From NCBI GenBank assembly GCA_041746575.1, contig JBGTGT010000060.1, positions 1 to 10,580 of the forward strand: 10,580 nucleotides of DNA. The letters run 5' to 3'. The notes under the pieces were generated by a model. The model did no database searches. It was not told where the DNA came from and worked only from the letters and a program-made list of their open reading frames with translations. The translations under genes and the position numbers were made by a program. Origin of the DNA: Microcystaceae cyanobacterium (GTDB taxonomy: Bacteria > Cyanobacteriota > Cyanobacteriia > Cyanobacteriales > Microcystaceae). Positions 1 to 7,219 of the stretch are shown here, piece after piece. Within the stretch, counting starts at the first letter, position 1. Each line of letters begins with the position of its first letter.

Positions 1-237
1 GCTTATGGGCGAGGATTAACAGAAAAACCGCAAATCATTGCGATTAATAAATTAGATGCCCTTGAAATAGAGAATATTAACTTCATTGAACAAGAATTAA
101 AAGGCTTAACCGCTCATCCGATTCTCAGGATTTCAGCAGTAACGCGTTTAGGATTAGAAGACCTAATGCAACTGGTATGGGATACTTTGGAGCAGATGGA
201 TCATGAAAGGGAGGAAGAATTAAAGACACTTAATTAG
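1..237 (+). CDS. obgE: 3' end (78 codons, 5'-partial) of Obg-family GTPase ObgE/CgtA, left copy
   Basis: Not in the ORF track. Frame +1 from base 1 reads AYGRGLTEKPQIIAINKLDALEIENINFIEQELKGLTAHPILRISAVTRLGLEDLMQLVWDTLEQMDHEREEELKTLN, with TAG at 235-237. It contains the G4 NKxD motif (NKLD) and the G5 motif (ISAVT). AYGRGL..PQI.A.NK.D is typical of the cyanobacterial ObgE C-terminus. Confidence 0.88.
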   Translation, partial: AYGRGLTEKPQIIAINKLDALEIENINFIEQELKGLTAHPILRISAVTRLGLEDLMQLVWDTLEQMDHEREEELKTLN

Positions 238-243
238 ACAAAT
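1..243 (+). repeat. Left arm of a 243-bp inverted repeat (partner 10338-10580)
   Basis: Base-by-base comparison with the reverse complement of 10338-10580 gives 241/243 identity, with mismatches at 142 (A vs G) and 163 (C vs T). Homology ends 6 nt after the obgE stop codon. Confidence 0.99.
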
Positions 244-322
244 CTACTGAACGAATCACGGGAATTCATCAGACAACAATTATAAATTGGGTCAAAAAAT
301 CAGGAGAAAGTTTGACCATTAT

Positions 323-335
323 ATTCAGCAACGCC
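323..335. repeat. ATTCAGCAACGCC, a probable end of a short cyanobacterial intergenic (MITE/REP-like) repeat
   Basis: Its reverse complement GGCGTTGCTGAAT resembles AGTGTTGCTGAGT at 6965-6977. I recall this terminal motif from dispersed intergenic repeats in unicellular cyanobacteria, but have not verified it. Confidence 0.4.
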
Positions 336-362
336 CAGAAAGTAAGATATGGGATTATCCAA

Positions 363-1514
363 TTATTCAATCATCGGATAATAAATATCCCCTAGCAATT
401 GCTCGCTCTTAGCACCCGTTACGGTGGGCAGATTACCGCTAAAATAGCAGTGAAATCGCCAATAAGCCAAAACCGCAAAGGCGATCGCCTCTTTATCGTC
501 TCCGTTTAAGCCAAGGTCATCTGTACTGAGAAGGGTTATCCCGGAAGGGAGGCGCATCTGCAAACACTGTCTGAGGAATTGATTGTGACTGCCACCGCCA
601 CAGAGTAACACTTCGTCGGGTACGGTGGGTAAAAAGCGTTGATAACTATCTACGATTGAGGCAGCCGTAAAATCCGTCAGGGTGGCTAACCAGTCCGCCG
701 GACTGAGATCATACTGTTGGGCATCCTGTTGACATTTTTGTAAGTAAACAGGACTAAAGCGTTCTCTTCCTGTTGATTTGGGAGGAATTTCAACAAAAAA
801 AGGATTTCCCAGCCATTTATCAACCAATTCAAGACAAGATATTCCTTGCGCTGCCCATTCGCCTTGATCATCGTAGGTTTTCTCCCCTTGCGTGAGCTGT
901 TGAATCGCCAAATCTATTAACACGTTACCAGGTCCTGTGTCCCATCCTTTAACTCTTTTTAACCAACCTGTCTCTTTTTTAGGTGGAATATAAGTGACGT
1001 TGCCAATCCCTCCGATATTCTGAATACAACGTGTTTTTTCGGCATGGGATAATAAACAAACATCTATTTTAGAGACAAGGGGCGCACCTTGACCTCCAGC
1101 GGCGATATCTGCTGCTCGGAAGTTATTTACTGTGGGAATTCCCGTTAAATTGGCAATTAATGCCCCTCTACCTAATTGGAGGCTATAACCAATGTGAGAA
1201 GACGAAGGAGGACGATGGAAGACCGTTTGTCCGTGAGAGCCAACTATTTGGGCTGAATACGTTAAATTTTGAATATACTTAGCCGCTTCTGCAAATTCAA
1301 TAGCGATCGCCTCGTCCAATTGCGCGAATTCCGCCATAGATAATGCTTTTCCTGCACAAACATCGAGAATTTGCTGTCTTAACGCCTTAGGATAAATGCG
1401 TTGATGATGAGCCACACAATTGAGCTCAATATCTTCATTTTGCCCAGTAATATCCACTAAAACCGCATCGATGCCATCTACAGAAGTCCCACTCATTAAA
1501 CCAATACAATACAT
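363..1514 (-). CDS. anmK: Anhydro-N-acetylmuramic acid kinase
   Basis: Signature motifs IGLMSGTSVDGID, GSHGQTVFHRP, FRAADIAAGGQGAPLV, NIGGIGN, DTGPGN, PPKSTGRERF, CGGGSHN and KEAIAFAVLA are present. The ATG at 1514 (MYCIGLMSG) is preferred over the ORF-track TTG at 1544. Confidence 0.96.
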   Translation of the reverse strand: MYCIGLMSGTSVDGIDAVLVDITGQNEDIELNCVAHHQRIYPKALRQQILDVCAGKALSMAEFAQLDEAIAIEFAEAAKYIQNLTYSAQIVGSHGQTVFHRPPSSSHIGYSLQLGRGALIANLTGIPTVNNFRAADIAAGGQGAPLVSKIDVCLLSHAEKTRCIQNIGGIGNVTYIPPKKETGWLKRVKGWDTGPGNVLIDLAIQQLTQGEKTYDDQGEWAAQGISCLELVDKWLGNPFFVEIPPKSTGRERFSPVYLQKCQQDAQQYDLSPADWLATLTDFTAASIVDSYQRFLPTVPDEVLLCGGGSHNQFLRQCLQMRLPSGITLLSTDDLGLNGDDKEAIAFAVLAYWRFHCYFSGNLPTVTGAKSEQLLGDIYYPMIE

Positions 1515-1598
1515 CTTTTCAATGGGAGGATTAGCCCCCTGCAAAAACTTATTCGTTAATTTTATTAAATTAAAGTAACAAAAGCTGATCTTTATTCA

Positions 1599-1666
1599 AA
1601 CTTTTATTAAAAGTTACGACAAAGTTAAGAGAGATAGTCTTTTAACAGCGATCAATCTCTTATAAT
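1599..1666. promoter_or_regulatory. Divergent promoter region (anmK / small ORF-ABC): palindrome, direct repeat and -10 box
   Basis: Perfect palindrome AACTTTTA-T-TAAAAGTT at 1599-1615. AAAGTTA is repeated at 1610 and 1621 (11-bp spacing). TATAAT at 1661-1666 lies upstream of the ATG at 1709. Confidence 0.35.
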
Positions 1667-1708
1667 AATCTCAATATAAATCGAAATCCTCCCTAATCCC
1701 TGTTGATA

Positions 1709-1906
1709 ATGATACAAACAGCTAATCCCCAGAATTTATGGCGCAAAACGACAGCCCGACTGAAAAGTTATCTCATCCAAGAGATTCCCGAAGAACTGTC
1801 ACCTTGTGAATTTGATTGTCATCGAGATTATTGTACTTACAGTCAAGCCAATACCTGCACAAAGCGGCTCATTTTGCTAAAATCACAGCATTTAGATGCT
1901 AATTAA
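1709..1906 (+). CDS. Small hypothetical protein with four clustered Cys (CEFDC-x4-C-x7-C)
   Basis: 65 aa from the ATG at 1709, containing EIPEELSPCEFDCHRDYCTYSQANTCTKR. Its stop TAA overlaps the next ATG (TAATG, 1904-1908). Confidence 0.65.
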   Translation: MIQTANPQNLWRKTTARLKSYLIQEIPEELSPCEFDCHRDYCTYSQANTCTKRLILLKSQHLDAN

Positions 1907-2889
1907 TGAAAATGATGACTCCAGAATGGTCATTGACGACCCCCTCAACTCCTGCGATCCTAACCCAAGGATTGACAAAACGGTTTGAGGGTCAAATTGC
2001 CGTTAATCACCTAGAATTGCAGGTGGCCAGTGGAGAAGTCTATGGTTTAATTGGACCTAATGGTGCAGGGAAAACAACGCTCATTCGAATGTTAGCGGCG
2101 GCGGAAGAACCCACTGTGGGAGAAATTTATTTGTTTGGCGATCGCCTTCTGCGAGATCAGAGTAACCCTCGACTTAAACAACGCATTGGTTATTTACCGG
2201 ATGATTTCCCTTTGTATGAAGATCTCACGGTTTGGGATTATTTAGATTATTTTGCCCGACTTTACCGGCTCAAATCCGCCCATCGTCGTCATCGCTTACA
2301 CGAAGTCCTTGAATTAGTTCAACTCACCTCTAAACACCGTAGTTCAATTGCAACCCTGTCAAGGGGAATGAAGCAACGTTTGAGTTTAGCGCGTACCATT
2401 ATCCATGAACCTTTATTATTACTATTAGATGAACCTGTTTCTGGGTTAGATCCGATCGCTCGGATGCAATTTCGGGAGATCATTAAAGTTTTACAATCCG
2501 TCGGCATGACCATCGTTATCTCTTCCCATGTTTTAAGCGATTTAGCGGAATTGTGTACCTCCGTCGGCATCATGGAACTAGGGTATTTAGTAGAAAGCAC
2601 CCGCTTGAAAGACCTTTATCAACGTTTAGCTAGTCAACATATTTTTATTACCATTTTGGGAGATTTGAACCGCCTAGAAGCAACCTTAAAGCATCTTTCC
2701 TATGTGAGTCATTGGCAAAAAGTTGAGGAGAGCAACAGTCTTAAAATTCAATTTGAGGGAGACGAAGAAGCCAGTGCAGACTTATTGCGATCGCTGATTC
2801 AAGACAACTTTGCTGTAACAGAATTCCGCACCGTTCGAGAAGATTTAGAAACCATTTTCTTAAAGTTAGGCCATCAACAAGTCAGTTAA
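1906..2889 (+). CDS. ABC-2/CcmA-type ABC transporter ATP-binding protein
   Basis: Walker A GPNGAGKTT, signature LSRGMKQR, Walker B LLLDEP, H-loop SSH, and a C-terminal extension ending LETIFL. Alternative Met starts at 1912 and 1915. Confidence 0.95.
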   Translation: MKMMTPEWSLTTPSTPAILTQGLTKRFEGQIAVNHLELQVASGEVYGLIGPNGAGKTTLIRMLAAAEEPTVGEIYLFGDRLLRDQSNPRLKQRIGYLPDDFPLYEDLTVWDYLDYFARLYRLKSAHRRHRLHEVLELVQLTSKHRSSIATLSRGMKQRLSLARTIIHEPLLLLLDEPVSGLDPIARMQFREIIKVLQSVGMTIVISSHVLSDLAELCTSVGIMELGYLVESTRLKDLYQRLASQHIFITILGDLNRLEATLKHLSYVSHWQKVEESNSLKIQFEGDEEASADLLRSLIQDNFAVTEFRTVREDLETIFLKLGHQQVS

Positions 2890-2964
2890 GTGTTATCTTT
2901 TGCTTAATTTTCGTTATATCCTTTTTACTCATAAAATGGATATGAAAATTACTTAAAAAAGTTT

Positions 2965-3897
2965 ATGGAAATTATTTACTCAGATACCTTTTTACAGCAT
3001 GATACTGGGGCTTCTCATCCTGAATGCGGATCGCGCTTAACAGCGATTGTTGAAGCCTTAAAAGCCACACCTTGGGCAGATCAGTTAACATGGCGATCGC
3101 CCACTGCAACGACCGAGCGGGATGTTCTGCTTTATATTCGACGGTGTCATCGTCAGAAATATATTGATTTAGTGCGTCAAATGGCTTCTAGCGGAGGAGG
3201 ACGTTTAGACATGGATACGCCTCTTTCTGCTGAAAGTTATGATGTCGCCTTATTAGCGGTTAGCGCATGGTTAGATGGGGTTGATCACGTTTTAGCGACG
3301 CAACGCCCTGTTTTTGTTGTTGCCCGTCCTCCCGGCCATCACGCTGTCAGCGATCGCGGAATGGGATTTTGTCTATTCTCTAATGCGGCAATTGCAGCAA
3401 ATTATGCTCTTGATTTACCCCATATTCAGAAAATAGCGATTTTGGACTGGGATGTGCATCATGGCAACGGCACAGAAGCCCTAGTAGAAGATAATCCCCA
3501 AATTCTCTATTGTTCGTTACATCAATTTCCTTGTTATCCTGGGACAGGTCGTGCTAACGATCAAGGTAAACACCATAATATTCTTAATTTTCCTCTGGCG
3601 GCAGGAAGTGATCTTCGCATCTATCAACCCCTATTCGAGCAGCAAATTGTACCCCGATTTTTGGACTTTCAACCGGATTTAATTTTAGTTAGTGCAGGAT
3701 ATGATGCTAATTATGCTGATCCTTTGGCAGGAATGGCTTTAAAACCGCAAGATTATGGTATATTTACCGATTACCTTTTGCAAGTGACTTCTAAGGTGTT
3801 ATTTGGACTAGAAGGGGGCTATGATTTGCCCAGTTTATCGGAGTCCGTCGTCGCTACTGTTGAACAGTGTTTGTCAAAGAAAAATGGGGAGCTTTAG
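2965..3897 (+). CDS. Histone deacetylase family (AcuC/AphA-like) Zn-dependent deacetylase
   Basis: HPE, RPPGHHA, GFCLFSNAA, DWDVHHGNGT, SAGYDA and LEGGY motifs are all present. Confidence 0.96.
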   Translation: MEIIYSDTFLQHDTGASHPECGSRLTAIVEALKATPWADQLTWRSPTATTERDVLLYIRRCHRQKYIDLVRQMASSGGGRLDMDTPLSAESYDVALLAVSAWLDGVDHVLATQRPVFVVARPPGHHAVSDRGMGFCLFSNAAIAANYALDLPHIQKIAILDWDVHHGNGTEALVEDNPQILYCSLHQFPCYPGTGRANDQGKHHNILNFPLAAGSDLRIYQPLFEQQIVPRFLDFQPDLILVSAGYDANYADPLAGMALKPQDYGIFTDYLLQVTSKVLFGLEGGYDLPSLSESVVATVEQCLSKKNGEL

Positions 3898-3900
3898 GGG

Positions 3901-4533
3901 TTACGGATCACTGGTGACGGTCTTGCGTTGCTTTAACCATTGCCCTATTTTCCAAATGCCCAAGAATATTAAGATAATAACAACAAATCCGGTAATAATA
4001 GGCACAAAAAGCGAGGTTGCCGCTAAAACAAACGAAAAAATGAGTTCAAGGGTTGCAAAAATAGGATTTCCTAAGCCCCCCGTAGCCCCTGTTGAACCCA
4101 GCCTGAAGAGACTATTTAAGGCTTTTGTTAAGCCGGCGGTTCCCCCCCCTGCGATAATAGCGATCGTCCATTGAGCCAAGGGATTCATTTCGGGCAGACT
4201 ACTTTGAGTGACCCAGGCTCCTGCCGCTGTCGCTAGGGGTAAAGCAATGGTATCAAGGGCATTATCTAGCAAAGGGAAGTAATAAGCAACAACTTCTACT
4301 AAACTAGCAGTGGCAAACAAAATGATCGCTTGATTGGTGTCTAACCATGATAAATCAGTGGGTAAGGTCACCCAATTTTCCACGGCGGCGGTACTGACAA
4401 CCAAAAAAGGAATAAAAATGCGGAAGCCACAGGCCGCACTTAAACTTAAACCTAACAGAAGACTGATTAAGGTATCGAGATTAATGATACTATCCACGAT
4501 GCTACCGAGATAATTGACATCAAAATTATACAA
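3901..4533 (-). CDS. DUF4126-family membrane protein
   Basis: Contains LGLSLSAACGFRIFIP, EVVAYYFPLLDNALD and STGATGGLGNP, with several hydrophobic helices. The start is uncertain (TTG 4533 or GTG 4497). It converges on the HDAC gene with only a 3-nt gap. Confidence 0.88.
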   Translation of the reverse strand: MYNFDVNYLGSIVDSIINLDTLISLLLGLSLSAACGFRIFIPFLVVSTAAVENWVTLPTDLSWLDTNQAIILFATASLVEVVAYYFPLLDNALDTIALPLATAAGAWVTQSSLPEMNPLAQWTIAIIAGGGTAGLTKALNSLFRLGSTGATGGLGNPIFATLELIFSFVLAATSLFVPIITGFVVIILIFLGIWKIGQWLKQRKTVTSDP

Positions 4534-4664
4534 TCGTTAACAAGAAGATAGCCAATACGGACTGACCCTGTTATCAAAATTCATGCCTATGTTTCAATTT
4601 TGCGTTGATTGCAGTATTTATATTGAAAGAAAGAATGCCATGCCTAACAGCCTGATTTAGGGAC

Positions 4665-6608
4665 TTACTGAGGCTTCGGGCGAGGGAATTTAGAAGCCGC
4701 ATTAAATTGTAAAACGGGTTCGTTTTTTAAGGCTTGATACATAAAACTGCGCCAAATGGGTGCTGCATGAGTTCCCCCTGATACCCCCCTGCCCAAATGA
4801 CGGTTTTGGTCATCCCCTACCCAAACCGCCGTCGCTAACTGAGGCACGTAGCCCACAAACCAGACATTCCGTTCATTATCCGTTGTTCCTGTCTTTCCTG
4901 CGGCAGGACGACCAATAGACGCTTGTTTTCCTGTCCCCCCGCGAATTACCCCTTGTAAAACCGTCGTTAAGGTTGCCGTTGCCCAAGGATCTAACACTAA
5001 CTGTGGTTTTGGCGTATTATCAAGAAGAACATTTCCTCGACTATCCGTAACCTGTACAATAATCGTCGGGTCAGAATGCCAACCATTACTAGCAAACGTC
5101 GCATAAGAACCCGCCATTTCCAATGGTGTCACATCCACCGACCCCAAAGGTAAAGAAATGACTGGAATAATTGGGCTGGTGAATCCAAGGCGACGACACA
5201 CTTCTACTACTTTATCAACTCCAACCCGTTGACCGATAATGACGGCAGGAACATTGGCCGAGGTAATTAGGGCATTTTGTAAAGACATTTGCCCAGAATG
5301 ACCGCCCCCGTAGTTTTTGGGGGTATAATAAATATCGCCATCTCGATAGCGGACGGGTTTATCAATAATGCTTGATGCAGGGGTGTATTTACCACTGGCA
5401 AACGCCGTATAATAGACATAAGGCTTAAAAGATGACCCCGGTTGACGACGGGATTGAACCACCCGATTTAATTGGCTTTTGTTATAATCAACACCACCGA
5501 CGATGGCTTTAATAAAATGGGTACGAGGGTCAACCGCTACCAGAGCTACTTGTAAGTCCTTCGTGCGAATGCCTTGCCCTCTTAAGCGTTGATAACCCCG
5601 TTTAACCGTTTCTTCGGCGGCTTTTTGCATATTGATGTCGACGGTGGTTTGAATCCGCATTCCCCCTTTGAGAACCGTTTCCTTGCCAAAACGACGATTG
5701 AGTTCCTGTGTCACGGTATCCGTCACGTAGGGAAGCTGACTGCTTTGCCAAGCGGTGGGTTTGCCCACTAATAATTTTGCTTTTTTAGCTGTTTCTGCCT
5801 CTTTTACACTGATCCAACCTAAATCTGCTAGGCGATTTAACACAATAGCTTGACGTTCCTTGGCTTTGCTATAGTTATTAAACGGGCTATAATCTTCTGG
5901 AGCTTGGATAATACCGGCCATCATAGCTGATTCTGCGAGATTAAGCTGAGCGGCCGGCTTATTAAAGTAACTTTCGGCGGCGGTTTGTACCCCATAGTTA
6001 TTGTGTCCCCAATAGATATTATTGAGGTACATTTCTAAGATTTCATCTTTCTCGAAAACTTGTTCTACTCGAATGGCTAGAACGGCCTCCGCTAATTTTC
6101 GGGTTATGGTTCTTTCATGGGATAAAAAGACGTTTTTGGTCAATTGCATCGTTAGAGTCGATGCCCCTTCAACGACGCCCCCACTGCGAACATTCGCTAA
6201 CACGGCACGACCAATACTATTCGGGTTGATGCCATTGTGACGGTAAAAGTTACTATCTTCAACCGCAATCACCGCCCGTTTTAACTGAGGTGAAATCTTG
6301 TCTAAAGCCACCACCTGACGGTTAGCTTCACCGTGTAAACGAGTCAGGAGTTTCCCTTTAATATCATAAATATAGCTGGTTTCTGGGGGATCATAGGCAT
6401 CGAGAAGCCGAACATCGGGTAAATTGCGAAAACTAATCGCTAAACCGACTAGACTTCCCCCCACAATGGCACTTCCTAATACAGAGACACCTAGAACTGT
6501 CCCGACGGTGGATTTAGCAACTCCTACCACGAAAGATAAGGCAGAAGCGGGGGATTTCCGTCTTCTACGTCTTCTTTTTTTCTTCTGTCCAGCAATACTC
6601 GATGACAC
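4665..6608 (-). CDS. Class A penicillin-binding protein (PBP1A family, transglycosylase + transpeptidase)
   Basis: N-terminal TM anchor. Glycosyltransferase motifs EDSNFYRHNG, GASTLTMQL and RKLAE. Transpeptidase motifs SSFK (SxxK), SAN (SxN) and KTG. GTG start. Confidence 0.97.
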   Translation of the reverse strand: MSSSIAGQKKKRRRRRRKSPASALSFVVGVAKSTVGTVLGVSVLGSAIVGGSLVGLAISFRNLPDVRLLDAYDPPETSYIYDIKGKLLTRLHGEANRQVVALDKISPQLKRAVIAVEDSNFYRHNGINPNSIGRAVLANVRSGGVVEGASTLTMQLTKNVFLSHERTITRKLAEAVLAIRVEQVFEKDEILEMYLNNIYWGHNNYGVQTAAESYFNKPAAQLNLAESAMMAGIIQAPEDYSPFNNYSKAKERQAIVLNRLADLGWISVKEAETAKKAKLLVGKPTAWQSSQLPYVTDTVTQELNRRFGKETVLKGGMRIQTTVDINMQKAAEETVKRGYQRLRGQGIRTKDLQVALVAVDPRTHFIKAIVGGVDYNKSQLNRVVQSRRQPGSSFKPYVYYTAFASGKYTPASSIIDKPVRYRDGDIYYTPKNYGGGHSGQMSLQNALITSANVPAVIIGQRVGVDKVVEVCRRLGFTSPIIPVISLPLGSVDVTPLEMAGSYATFASNGWHSDPTIIVQVTDSRGNVLLDNTPKPQLVLDPWATATLTTVLQGVIRGGTGKQASIGRPAAGKTGTTDNERNVWFVGYVPQLATAVWVGDDQNRHLGRGVSGGTHAAPIWRSFMYQALKNEPVLQFNAASKFPRPKPQ

Positions 6609-6850
6609 GGTGATTTTTCTTCCTCACTCCAAACAGAACAGCAGCTTAATTAAGGGATGTTTAATAAGATTTAGTATTTAGTATAAGGATTATTCTGTAG
6701 CTTACACTAATTTGATAATTAATCAAACGTCAAGACAATTTTGGATTTTGAGTTTTAGGGGGGAGAGGGGGCGGAACTGGCTCAATTCCAGTCTCACTCA
6801 GGAGTTGACGTTAAGTTGCCTTCAAAGTGTTCCTTCTCTTTAAACTCAAT

Positions 6851-6964
6851 ATGCAGCCAATTATCACGACTCACCCTTTATTAACTTTAGCATCGGGCGA
6901 TTATTTAAGCCTACAAACTTATCAGTTCAATGGAAAAAAAGCCTACATTCAAGCCAATCTATAG
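6851..6964 (+). pseudogene. N-terminal remnant of a succinylglutamate desuccinylase/aspartoacylase (M14-like) family gene
   Basis: Below the ORF-track size cutoff. ATG 6851 to TAG 6962-6964 gives MQPIITTHPLLTLASGDYLSLQTYQFNGKKAYIQANL*. As I recall it, the cyanobacterial family N-terminus reads ..PL..LASGD.LSLQ.Y.F.G..PGKKAY.QANLHGAE. Here the stop falls at the position of the first Zn-ligand His. Confidence 0.7.
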
Positions 6965-6967
6965 AGT

Positions 6968-7064
6968 GTTGCTGAGTGGAGGTTGAAGAATTAAAAATAT
7001 AAAAAGAACTATGTTGACGATGGGAATGAGAAGGAAAAGTGGGACGACCTACCTATTTAGCGAC
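6968..7064. repeat. Degenerate ~100-bp hairpin/MITE-like element
   Basis: GTTGCTGAGTGG-AGGTTG (6968-6985) pairs with CGACCT-AC-CTATTTAGCGAC (7045-7064). Every non-Watson-Crick position is G-U compatible on the + strand. Confidence 0.4.
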
Positions 7065-7109
7065 TTCTTTCATTATGCGATGCTAAACAAAATAAGTGAT
7101 GTCTGACTC

Positions 7110-7184
7110 AAAAAAATAAATCAGACAAGGTGATGAAGTCTCATATTAACCTAAACTTAGGTTATCTTAACTTCCTGTCTGATT
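7110..7184 (-). terminator. Long nested stem-loop with U-tract, likely intrinsic terminator or 3' stabilising structure of the PEP-CTERM transcript
   Basis: Outer IR AATCAGACA (7119-7127) / TGTCTGATT (7176-7184). Inner perfect IR TAACCTAA-AC-TTAGGTTA (7147-7164). The A-tract at 7110-7120 reads as a U-tract on the minus strand. It starts 35 nt past the stop at 7220. Confidence 0.6.
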
Positions 7185-7219
7185 CATGGGGTCTATTATC
7201 ATTGTTTTTTCTGATTCTT

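Noticed and set aside
284..292. AAATTGGGT matching the reverse complement of 10264-10272 as an extension of the inverted repeat
   Set aside because: Only 9 bp, offset by 25 nt, with unalignable surroundings. This is compatible with chance.
1575..1588. GTAACAAAAGCTGA as an NtcA box
   Set aside because: The right half-site is TGA, not TAC.
363..6608. anmK + deacetylase + PBP as a dedicated peptidoglycan-recycling operon
   Set aside because: The genes are on mixed strands, the HDAC family is not NagA, and such juxtapositions are ordinary in shuffled cyanobacterial genomes.
686..6681. ORF-track entries 686-871, 2319-2600, 3821-4174, 5589-5771, 6022-6240 and 6424-6681
   Set aside because: Alternative-frame or antisense shadows of well-supported genes, with no recognisable motifs.
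6776..6792. 5-bp stem with 7-nt loop CTCAATT resembling a tRNA-Leu(CAA) anticodon arm
   Set aside because: No D-arm, T-arm (GTTCRA) or acceptor stem around it.
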